Assembly (NCBI GenBank): GCA_907165135.1
Contig: OU015569.1
Span: 310,001-374,000, forward strand
Source of the DNA: Oikopleura dioica
Lineage: Eukaryota; Animalia; Chordata
Length of the DNA: 64,000 bases
Direction of reading: 5' to 3'
The position numbers and the translations under genes were made by a program. Numbering within the stretch: the first letter of the stretch is position 1; each line of letters opens with the position of its first letter. The notes under the pieces are model-generated. The model searched no databases, was not told where the DNA came from, and was given only the letters and a program-made list of their open reading frames with translations. Shown here in pieces: positions 36,636-48,500 of the stretch.

Positions 36636-39600
36636 TTAGTGTAAGAGTTCGTTTTCAATCCAGTCTCGGATTGGCAGCATTCCAGTGAGTACTCCGACGT
36701 TGCCTTCCTCGTAGCAAGTGTCGAACTCGTCGCTAAAAAGGCAATTTTTAATATCTTGAATGAAAACAATCCAACCGGGTAAATAATCCAGCGAGCTCAA
36801 GTCTTCCGTTCTTGCTCTGGAAAACGGGCGAGCCGTGTTCTGTCTTGCAGACGGCGCCGTTGTCGTCTTCCATCTTCGCGTAGCACTGCTGATTCTTGTA
36901 GAGCCACGTCTTCTTGTCGCACCAGCGCGCGCTTCTCACTGTCAACTGACTCGAGAGTAGAGCGTCGTTAAAGAATCCCACGTCGTAGACCTTCTCGCCC
37001 CCGTCGATCGGAGCTGTGGGAAGACAGGCTTGACCGACACAACGAGAGTCGCAGTGTTTGAACGACTCTTCCGAAATCGACTTGTCGAATTTGATGAGAC
37101 AGACGTCGTTGATCTTGCGAGAACGAAGGTACGCCGGGTGAATCACCATTTTCGACGAAACCAGGTCGAAATAATAGGGTCCGAATGAGACGCGCACTTC
37201 TTTGGCGTAATTGCAGCATTGTGCAGTTGTTATCACTGCGCGGTCGCTGATCACAGTCGAGAAACAGGGCCAACTGGAGGAGTCATCGGAGAACCAAGCG
37301 TCGGCGACAGGAGTGAGATCATTTTTGAACGTTCTCGACTTGCCGATCACGTCTTCCCACTTCTGGGCCGGCTGCGACGATGAGAAATGATTGTCAAAGT
37401 CGGAGCAGAACTCCAAACTGCCCGGAATCATGTCGTACTTGGCATAAGCCACTTCTCGCGCTCCTCCGCCAACAGTCGTACTTGAAACGGCTGTAGTAGA
37501 AGTCGCCGCTTGTGAAGTTGTCGAAGCGGTGGCACTTGTCGTTGTTGGATCGGTTGCGAAGCAGCAAAACTTGACATCAGCTTCGATGCAGAGTCCATCG
37601 CCATCGACCAAGGAACAATTTACACCAAAAGTGGGCGGAATCAACGATCTGCTGGTGTCAAACGACATCTGCCCACCTCTGATCGCGCCGCAAACTTGAT
37701 CCGCTGTTGCTTGATTCAATAGATTTGCGAAGCCATTCGACGGGGCCGGCACCCATTCCGATTCAACTGTCTCCCAGGGCTCCACTGTACTGTCGTTGTT
37801 GTGGTTTGTCGGACAATCAGGGTAGATTGTCGGAGTATTGACCCAATCGTGAGAATATATGTCGATGTTGCCCGTGTTGGTGATCACTGGTCCCATTGTA
37901 GTTGTTGTTGATGTCGTTGTGGGAGATGTTGTCGACGTTGTAGTTGTTGAATTTTTGGTGGTGGTGGAGGTTGTCGTCATCGTTGTCGTCGTGTTTGTTG
38001 TTGTGCTCGTAGTTGCCGTTGATGTTGTTGTTGTGGGAGATGTAGTCGTCGTTGTAGTTGTTGAAGTGGTGGATGCAGTTGAAGTTGAAATCGTTGTACT
38101 CGTCGTTGTTGGATTAGTTGCGAAGCAGCAGAACTTAACATCCGCTTCGATGCAATTTCCATCGACGACCAAGGTACAGTTAACCCCAAAACTCGGTGGA
38201 ATCAAAGATCTGCTTGTGTCGAATGTCATCTGCCCACCTCTGATCGCGGCGCAAACTTGATCCGCTGTTGCTTGATTTAGCAAATTTGCGAATCCATTTG
38301 ATGGAGCAGGAATCCATTCCGATTCTACTGTTTCCCAAGGCTCGACTGTACCGTCATTATTGTGACTTGTCGGACAGTCGGGATAGATTGTCGGGGTGTT
38401 GACCCAGTCATGTGAGTAAATGTCGATGTTGCCCGTGTTGGTGATGACTGGCCCCATTGTAGTTGTAGTTGTAGATGCTGTCGATGTCGTTACATTCATC
38501 GGAGCACTAGCCAAGTTCATAACGCTGAACCAAAAAGAAAGAAAAAAAGATAAAAAAAAATGTGCCATGAAAAATAGATTGCCATAAAAATCACTATTGT
38601 TTGCCTTTCAAAAATCATTTTTGCCATGTTTTTTTTTTGTTAATTGTGAAATTTCGAACTCTCCCTAGTTGTTGTTGGAGCACTTGTGGAAGCACTGGTC
38701 GTCGAAGTAGTTGTTGATGTCCTGAAAAGAATAGAGATGTTTTCCCGATAGCAGGATCTTACGTTGTCGAGGTTGTTGTCGATGCAGTTGTTGTCGATGT
38801 TGTTGTTGAGGTCGTTGAAGTTGTAGTACTTGTGGTCGTACTTGTTGCTGTTGTGGAAGTCGTGGTACTCGTTCTAAATTCAAATATGAAAACGAGTCAT
38901 TTATTTTTTCTTACGTTGTTGAGGTCGTAGAAGTACTCGTGCTCGCTGTCGTGGAAGTCGTCGAGGCTGTAGTTGTAGAAGTGCTTCATTTAGAGTTCGA
39001 AAATCATTTCAAAGAAAAAAAAAACATGGCATTTGTCGAAAAAAAACTGGCATTTTCAAAAAAAAGATTGTATAAATGGCATTTTCGGCAAAAAAACGAC
39101 TCTTGGTTGAAAAAAAAATCAATCAAATTATCGAGAAAAATCAAAACTCTCACTTGTCGTGGTAGGAGGCGCCGTGGCTGGGCAGAATCCGTTCTTCATT
39201 GCAGTGAGTATGTCGCCCATTTGGACCTCTCGGCTGCAGTACTTGCCCTCGATATGAATAGGCGTCGAGCAAGGAACAGTCCTCTCGCCGAACTCGTCCA
39301 GGCACAAGTCGTTCAAATCATTTTCGAAGTAAGCATAGCATCTCCACTGCGGAAACTGTCCATTTTTGTTCACTCCGAATCGAGCCTTCATTTGTCCTTC
39401 GACGCTTTTCGCCTTGTTGCAGAAGAAATCGGAAGATTCGGGCGCACTTGGGCTCATGAAACTGCAGTACTCGTCGAGCACTTCTTGGTAGCGCCTTACT
39501 CCGGCGTTTTCTTGAATTATTGCTTCAAGTTCGGCCGTTCGAGGGCAGTAAACAGCATCTGCCGGATTCGGCTCCAAGCAGGACGTCATTTCTCCCCAAT

Positions 39601-42600
39601 CATTGACGCAATTTTCGGCTGAGGAGGTTTTCAAGTAGCCATAGCACCTCCACGCAGGCGCTGCGTCGTTTTTGTTGAGACCATAACGAGCGACCATTTT
39701 GAGACCGTGGGCCTCGGTTTTCGATGCTTTTTGACAAAAGAACTCTCCTTCGCCAGTTGAAGACATTTGTGAGCAGTAGGCGTCGAGTTTTTCTTGAAGA
39801 TGGCAGTAGGGTTGAATTGGAATGCTTGAAGTCGTAGTTGTCGTTTTTTCAGTCGTAGAAGTAGTTGAAGTGGTTGTTGGAGCCGGCGCCAAGCAGCAGA
39901 ACTTGACCTGTGCTTCGACGCAATAACCGTCAGTAACCTGGGTGCAGTTAACGCCAAAGAGAGGCGGAATCACTGATTTCCCTGTCGATGCTTTTTCAGT
40001 CGCAAATGGGATCTGCTCGGCTCTTATAGCGTCGCAAACTTGGTCAGCTGTTGCGCTATTGAGCAAATTAACGACGGCATTCGATGGAGCGTCGATCCAG
40101 CCGGACTCGACAGTCTCCCAGGACTCGACGGTACTGTCGTTGTTATGATTCGTTGGACAGTCGGGGTAGATTGTCGGCGTGTTGATCCAATCGTGGGAGT
40201 AAATATTGATATCACCCGTGTTGATGATCCATCCGCTTCCAAGAGTTGTAGTTGTAGTTGTAGTAGTCGTGGTAGTAGTGGTGGTCGTCGTCGTTGTCGT
40301 CTTTGTCGTCGTTGTCGTCGTCGTTGTCGTCGTCGTGGTCGTCGTCGTGGTCGTCGTCGTCGTCTTCGTGGTTGTAGTAGTCGTGGTCGTTGTCGTTGTT
40401 GACGTAGTCGTAGATGTAGTGGTTGTCGTTGGAGCAGCCGTAACAGGGCAAAGTCCATTTTGCAAGGACGTAATTATTTCTGGAATTTCAAATTCTTTGG
40501 TGCAGTACTTTCCATCAACATGTACAGGAGTGCTACAGGGAACAGAAGCTTCACCGAAACTATCCAAGCAAAAATCTCCAAGATCGTCATGGAAATACGC
40601 ATAGCAACGCCATATTGGATTCGCTCCATTTTTGTTGACTCCGAATCGAGCTCTCATAGTTCCATCAACGACGCCAGATGCGCGGGCGCAGTAGAACTCG
40701 CTCGTATCATCCACGTTAGCACTCATTTGGCTACAGTAATCATCGAGTACTTCTTGGTAGCGTCTTTCGCCCATACTTCCTGCAATGATAGCTTCGATCT
40801 CTTCAGTTTTCCCACAATAAAACCGTCTTCGCCGACCGGCTCGCTGCAAAAGTCAGTTCGCCCCAATCATCGACGCAACTTTCCGAATTTGTGTCCGAAC
40901 GAGTGTAGGCATAACAGCGCCAAGCTGGAACTGCTCCATTTTTATTGAGTCCGTAACGCGCCACCATTTTCATTCCCCTTTCTTCTACAATCGATGCTTT
41001 TGCGCAGAGATGGTCGCTTGTGGCAGTTTGAGAGGAGGACATTTGACCGCAGAAATCGTCGAGTTTCTCTTGGAGATAGCAAAACGGCTGGATTGGCGCT
41101 GTTGTTGTCGAAGTCGATGTAGTTGTCGTTGTTGTGGTTGTCGTGGTTGTTGTTGTAGTAGTTGTAGTAGTTGTCGTACTGGTTGTAGAAGTAGTTGAAG
41201 TAGTAGTTGTCGATGTCGTTGTTGTTGTCGTGATTTCAGGGCAGTCGCCGGCGGTAAGATTCCCGATAATCCAATTCATCTCCACGTCTCTCGTACAGTA
41301 TTTACCATTGGAAGGGATTGGATCCGCGCACATTGCTGTAAATTCTCCTTGATCGTCGAGGCAAGCATTAGATTCTGTATTCTCAAACTGCCCGTAGCAT
41401 CTCCACATCGGATTCGCTCCATTTGCATTCACATCAAATCTAGCTTTCATCATTCCCTCGAATCCCTTTGCTCTGTTACACAAGAATTCTCCGCTTCCAT
41501 CTGGCGACATTTTACTGCAGTAGTCATCTAGGGCAGCTTGGAACGAACCGCAGCCTGGCTCGGATGGGCCGGTTGTTGTTTCAGTAGAGAACGCGTTTGT
41601 CGAAGTCGTGGAAGATGAAGTTGTTGTAAAGATCGCGCAAGATGTAAGTACAGTTGTAATGATTCCTTCCAGCTGCTCGGTTCTAGTGCACAACGAGCCA
41701 CTCTCGAAGTTTGGATCAGAACAACCAACGTTTGTTCTCTTGCCATCGAGGCCGATACACGCCTCTGTGGTGGAACTATCGTAAAGGGGACCGTAGCATC
41801 TCCAGCCATAATTGCCCCCACTTGCGTTCGGTCCGAAGCGAGCGACCATTCTCCCTTCGTATCCCCTCGCTCGATTGCATTTGAATTCACTTCCATCTGG
41901 AGCATCTGGACTCATTTGAGCGCAATAAGCGTCCATCTCCGCTTGAACTGGGCATTCTAGCGGCTCGTCGTAGCATTCAGCTAGAGCGGCGTCAATAATT
42001 TCCTGCATCTCCTCCGGCCGGGTGCAATATCTGCCTCCTTCAGAAGTGGGGTCGCTGCAGTCCGAAGCCGTGAAACTTCCGTCCTCAGCGATGCAGGCTG
42101 GCAGGTCCTCCTCCATTTTCGTTGAGGCCGTATCTCGCCACCATGGTTCCTTCAAAGCCTTTCGAACGGCCGCAGAGATTGCTCCCGACGCCAGTTGGAG
42201 ACATCAACTTACAGTAGTCGTCCAGTCGCTGTTGAATATTGCATGTCGGCGCGGCAGTAGAAGTCATCGCCGTCGTCGAAGTCGTCACGTTTGCAGTAGC
42301 ATCACATGCCGTATTGGCAATGATTTCCTCCATGGCCTTCGATCGGGCGCAATAGTCCGCTTTCCAGGGGTTCACTTCTGTGCACCCTTCGCTCGTCATC
42401 TCTCCCGCTTCGTCCAAGCAGCCTTCGATTGTCGTCTTGTCCCAGATCTCTCCGTAGCATCTCCAGGCATAGCCGCCGCCTTTCCTGTTGACGTGATATC
42501 GAGCGACCATGTTTCCTTCGAAACCCTCGGCGCGTGGGCATTCGAAGTCGCCCGTTCCATTCGGCGACATCTGCGAACAGAAATCGTCGAGTCGCTGCTG

Positions 42601-42981
42601 AAACTGGCACTGGCAAGCTGTCCTGAGCACTTCTTCCATTTCCGCAACGCGGTTGCAATAGTGCCCATCGCCGTGGATCGGATCGGAGCAGCCCTCGGCC
42701 GTCAATTCTCCATCAGGACCGATACAAGCGGCGGTCTCGTTCGACATCGAGGTGTATCTGTAACATCGCCAGCCCGGGTTCTCGCCGTTTTTATTCAAGC
42801 CGTATCGTGCGACCATTTTGCTCTTGGCCTTTGCACATTTGAAGGGAAAGGCAGGCGCGTCTGGATGCATCTGAGCGCAGAAATCGTCCAGAATTTGTTG
42901 ATAATTGCAATTTCGCGGCTTCCCCGCTGTCCATAATTCCGACAAACGAGCGCTTTCATCTTTGAAAAGAAGGTTAATCAT
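36636..42981 (-). CDS. Large secreted mucin/oikosin-like protein: 9 Cys-rich modules, Thr tracts, 3 CysD-like domains, C-terminal inactive trypsin-like domain; 5' exons (to about 43300) unresolved
   Basis: ORFs 42085-42981, 40803-42155, 39128-40849 and 36748-38568 are collinear and continue the same repeats. Breaks coincide with frameshifts near 42100 and 40819-40851 and with short Thr-coding exons at 38650-39000. Confidence 0.75.
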
Positions 42982-43984
42982 CTTGGATCATTCCTCTAGT
43001 TTACCTTTTCTAGCAGCTTTGGACTGCGAAAAAGCAGCAGAAACTGCAAGCTGCCTCTCATAGCCAGCTCTCTTGACGACTGATAAAGAAAATTTTCATT
43101 TCATGCATACCCAACTCGGCAATTCATCAAACTGCTGCATAATGCGGTCGCCAAGTAAATGGTAAAACCTGAATGACGAGCATCTCAGGCGCCTTCGAAA
43201 AGAGCATAAGATCTAATTCAATGCCCTTTTCAAAGTTTCGCCGCGAAAAGCACTTTCTTCGGAGCATTTTGGAACGACTAGAAAATGAGCATCAACGAGG
43301 AGCACTTTCATATATTCCTTCCAAAAAGCACCTTTTTGTTTGCATTTTTTTGAGAGGCTTTTGTTTGATTTTCCTTTTCTTTTTGTTTGAGGCGTTCTAT
43401 TTAGTAGCTCGAGCGATGAGCAATTCAAAAATGCGCGATGAAAAAATCGAGAAATTCGAAAAAAATTCGTTGAAAAACGAAATCACCAAAAAAGGTGATT
43501 TTTGAGAAGCTGGGGGAAGAGGGAAGTTTGGTTGGAAGTCGAGCTGGGCCGCGGCACGTGCCTGGAATGCGCGGCTCTAATTCGGCATTTCCGTCTGATC
43601 CTTGCGCCAATCAACACCTGCTAATTGCGGTCAGCATCGAGCAGCACTCCTCTACGTCACTGCCAGTCCTGCTGCTGACGCAAGCAGTCAAATCAGAGAG
43701 AAACCAGCTTATCTCAAAAGTGGGAACAAACACTTGGGCAAGTTCAACCCTCTTTTACTTCAGGAAAGGCTTCTTATCAAGAACTTGGGGATAATCTCCG
43801 GATTAGAATTTCTTTTCAAATTTTCAAGATTTTCAAGCTTTTCAAGTTTTTCAAGATTTTCAATCTTAGTTTCAAAAAAGAAGTCATTCATAAGCAGCGG
43901 CGCTAGAAAATCCAACCAGCTGGCGCTCCAACCACTGCCAACAACGCCACCACTGCCTGCTTCCTTTTCCGCTCGAAAATCATC

Positions 43985-44700
43985 ATGCTCAAGAACTTTC
44001 ACTCACTGGGTGATGTGCTCGACCATGAAGATCAAATCCCCCTTATTTGCTGCCTGGCCTGGGAAGAGCGATTAGGAGAGCGTGGAGATACATCGACAGT
44101 GAGGAGGAGGATTCCAGCGAGGAGGAGAGTGATGAAGAAATCATGGAGGAAAGCTCGAATTTCGAGAAAGGAGAGACGATGGAAACGGAAGAGGACTGTT
44201 GCTACGAAGCTGACTCGGAAACGGAGGAGAGCGAGGAGGAGTGTTACCCGGGAACTCCATCTACCGGCGACGAGACATCTTCGGAGGACGACCAATTCGA
44301 CCTCAAAGAGATGTACGACAGGGGCAAGGTGCCAAAGGAGCTCGATTTCCCCGGCGCCTTGTGGCGGGGACCTAATCTCGTCGTCATCGAAAATAACGGA
44401 TTGAAGCGACTCGGCGCTGTCAAGTAAGAAAAATTCATCCTTGATTTTTCCTCCTTTCAGAATTTTACAATTTTCCAATCTCTAGAAAGCCGCATTGATC
44501 CTCTCATGCGCCTTCTATTGGAAATTCTAGATCTGAGCCTTGTAAACACACTTTTCTCTCTTTAGGCGAAAGTTGAAGGAAATCGAGAGAGAAGGACTGT
44601 CCGACAGCGAGTTGAATTACCAAGAAGAGAAGAAGTTCTTGATCGAGAGCAAGCACGCGCTCATAAAGGAAAAGAGTCTGCTCGTTGTTATCTCCTGCTT
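43985..44700 (+). CDS. Hypothetical acidic protein (exon structure uncertain)
   Basis: ORF 44047-44427 is Glu/Asp/Ser-rich, ends at a GTAAG donor, and is followed by a plausible coiled exon at about 44566-44683. Confidence 0.4.
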
Positions 44701-44953
44701 TTTTTTCGTAGCTTTAGATTAGTATTGAAGAATCTGTGCATACTTTTTGAAAAAGAAGAGTTTGCAGCTGGTGAAGCTGCGCGCCGAGAAGTTCTCTCAG
44801 AAGGATTGGATTACTACTATTACCTTTAGTTCTGTCACCTACAGTAGATAGAAAACCAGATAGACCTGTTTAAAAAAGCCTCGAATTTGAATGTTTAAGA
44901 TGATGGAGTACTGAAAGGGTTGCTTAGTTGTAATCCGAGAGTAGCCGCCGCTG

Positions 44954-45131
44954 ATGAACATCGACATCGACTCGGAGCAAGAATTCATTCCAGCGACGCC
45001 GCCCGAAATGGTCGAAATGGAGAAAGTGTCCACTTCCATCGTCCGCGACGAAAAACTCTTCGCCACTTCCCGCTTCATGTTCGCCAGACCGGACACTGAA
45101 GACGAAAAAGATCCTGCTTTCAAAACACTTG
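44954..45131 (+). CDS. Short hypothetical exon (MNIDIDSEQEFIPATPP...)
   Basis: Coding-like composition, ends at a GTAAG donor before a MITE. Gene assignment unknown. Confidence 0.3.
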
Positions 45132-45151
45132 GTAAGCAACAACATCGTTTT

Positions 45152-45319
45152 TTAGGCCCGGCAGCCTGTGTGGAAAACCTGAGTCAGGGTCTGAAGAGCT
45201 AAAATTAAAAGCCGCGAATCGGCTTTTTTAAACGAAGCCGCATATGATATTGTTCCGGCTTTTCATTTAGGCTCTTTCAGAACCTGACTTAGGTTTGACA
45301 CACAGGTAGCAAAGACCAA
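45152..45319. mobile_element. CCTGAGTCAGG-family MITE
   Basis: GCAGCCTGTGTGGAAAACCTGAGTCAGG ... CCTGACTTAGGTTTGACACACAGGTAGC with AAAAGCCGC core. Confidence 0.8.
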
Positions 45320-45564
45320 AAGTTGCAAGGATAAATTAAGATTTTGTCACTTTCTGGCTTTTTAGAAAATTGGAAAAGTTTCTGGAGCTTGTGGAAAAAA
45401 TAGCAGAGGGCAGTTACTTTTTAATCGAGTAAATATGACAAGCGAAAAAAAGGGTTTGATTTTTGGTGTTTTTTGTAATCAACAAGTGTCGTGGAAGGTG
45501 TGTTTGGTGAAAAGCGAAAGAAATTTCGCTAGGTATAATTAGATTTATTTTAGAAAATGCTGGC

Positions 45565-48500
45565 ATGAATCTCTTCTCCGCGCTCAAAGTGGCGCATGAC
45601 CAGCCCAGTCCGATGGCCAACTCGAAGAGCATTGAGTTCCACTCTAACTCAGCCAAGCCAGCTTCCAAAAAGAGCTCCAAATCGAAGAAGAAGGGCTCCA
45701 AAGGGTCCTCCAACAACAACAACAACAACTCTAAAAATACGAAAAACGAGGAGCCCCCGCGACCGAGTTTCTCCGAGTTGAATTTGCCGATTCTGTTCGA
45801 TCCTGAAATGTCCGGACGCGAAATTCCGCGAAGCTTGCCACCTGCCAATCTGGAGCACGCGATTCTGCTCACTGTCAGGCTCGAAGCACTTGGCGTAATC
45901 GCCGCTGCTGATCAAAAGGCAAACGCTAAACACTCGGCTCAAAAGCTCGAGTTCGATCTAACGTACGCGTTTTTGATCACGTGGCTGCTCCAGCTGGTCC
46001 CCAAGTATCACGATTTCGCAGAAGGCGAGCCGGTCTCCCCGCTTCAGGACGAAGTGCCCTTCAACGTACTTGGCTTCGACGTTCGCGGCCGCGGTGGCGA
46101 CTTATATCTCAACATCTCCGTCGTCGTCAAGAAAGAAAAGGAGCCCGAGCAGCGCCAGAAAAAGGGAAAGAACAAGCAACAGTCGTACTTCAACGAGTTG
46201 AGCAACACGGTCAAGAAGTACCTCAACGCAGTCACCATCATGGAAGTCGTCAGCTCGGTTTGGCAATCGGAGGAAGGGGCAACGCTGCACAAGCTCACCA
46301 ACCTCACTGATGTCACCTGGAGCGAGAAGAAACTCGGCAATTTCATCCAAGTTTCTACTGATAGGAATCGGCTTATTTTTGTTTTTTACTCAATTGAAAG
46401 TAACTACAATGAGTTCTTTCAAGTTTTCTGTTCGATTGGCTTTATTGAAGCTTCGACCAATCAGCACGCCGGATGAAAATGTTCACTATCCGATGAACTC
46501 GCTGTAAGAACATAAAACATTTCATTAAAAGCCGAAAAAGCAATGCGATTTCGCGCATTTTCGGCAACAGTCAATACGATCTCGAGTTCGGTCTCGTCGG
46601 GGAGCCACCGGTTAACATTTCCCAGATCAACAACACGAGCGCGATTCCTCTTGAAAATGCGTTTGGATTGATCCACGGCGGCGCCTTCGCTTACGGCTGG
46701 CCGATCATGGAGATGTTTCTGCGCATCCAGGCCGAGTGCATGGACATTTCCGCGCTGCGCCTTGTCTGGATCGTCAAGTCTGAGTACAACGCCGTCACTC
46801 TCTCGCAAACCTACACGGACGAGAACTTGGAACGGAACAACGCCTTCGTCCCGGCCTTGGCGATCGGAGTGCGCGGCTTCAACGCCTGCCAAATGTGGCA
46901 AGACATCTGCGGCCCGCGAAACGTCAAGGTCGCCCAGTTCACCGACTCTAACAGTCTCTCGGCGAACCACGGCGACTACCTCTTCCAGAAGCTCTATCTC
47001 TCGCAAGCGAGCCTCCACCAGCTCAAAGAGATCCGCACTGAGAGCGAAATGCTCATGAGCCAAGTGAGCGACACCTGCCTCTTCTACGCGCCGCGCAGCC
47101 CGAACCGCAGCCACGAGCAGTACAGTCTCTTCTTCGGCGGCGAGGTGCACATCTACTCCCTCAAAAGAACAAACTCACTGTCGAATCGATCCGGGCGGAG
47201 TGCAGAGACCACTTCTGCTCTTACCACGACCCAAGCTCCATTGTTTTCTTCGTCAGCCATCGACTTCCTGTAAGAATCATTATTTTTTTGATAGAAAAAT
47301 TTAAAATAATTACTTTTCAATTCTTAAATTCTCGGCTACCTGTGTAAAAACCTGAGTCAGGTTCTGAATAGCCAACGCAGCTTTTCATTTCAGCTCTTTC
47401 AAACCCTGACTCAGGTTTTCTACACAGGTTCCTGAGTCCAGCTAAAGACCCCTAAAAGGGTTCTTTTCTTGAAGCAGATTAGACTATATTTCCAAAATCA
47501 ATTATTATAGCTAAAATCAAACACGCCAGTTTGGGAAGCATAATTTTAAATAAACATAAATCCGATATTTTCCCTTTTTGGAGCGCGCTCGTGTTTGCCG
47601 CTAAACAGGCTATTATTCCGCTTTTCGTAAAATTTTGATGCATTTATTTTTCGCCAAACAAGCACTTTTTAGCTGCGCTACTTGGGCGATTTTACGCGAA
47701 ACTTGCAGAACTACGGCTGCTCCATCCAGGCCATTAGAAGAGTTTCTGCTTCCGCGTCTTCGAATCTCTCTAGGAACTGGCTCAAAGAAAAACACACAGA
47801 TTTAATTACAGAAAATTCTCAAAAGAAAAAATCTTGTTGAGCCGCTTGAAAGTCTCTTCGGCGAGGGATTTGAAAAAGTGATCGGCCAAGAGGTAGGAGG
47901 CTTCTGCGTCATTGCCAAGCGCGAGAACGCGGGACTCCACTGGGTCGGGATCATGAACAGACTCAAGGAAGAGATCCTGGGCTTTCTTCTCCGCGACAAA
48001 CCGGACATGATCGACGACGTCCTCCAGCACACCATCTATTGCCAGCCTCTTACTGTGAGTCCCTTTCCGCAGACCTTATTTAAAACCGTCTTTTAGGCGG
48101 AGATGGTCCGCCCTCTCCGTGATCTAATGTGCTCGAATCCGAAGATCGAGCCCTTGTCTTGGAAGCCCGTCGGCTGGTACAAAACGCTTTCTGAAAGTTG
48201 CGAGCAGACGACTTGCCTGATCATTTCCGGTCCTCACGCTCCCGCTTCGGTCGCTATAACGCTCTACGAAATATTCAGCGGCGAGAACGGTTCCTCCGAT
48301 TACCAACTTTGCGATGAGCTTTCCTCTCTGCCCAACGGCGGCTTCGAACTGGTCGCCATTCGCCAAGTCTACCAAGTGACGGAATACCAAGCCCGCGAGC
48401 TGGTGAACGTCGACTACTCCGACAAGAACTACGAAGAGAGCATCAACGAGTTGTACGAAAACCCGCTGGTGGTTTTGGTGCTCCGAAGAATCGACGCGAT

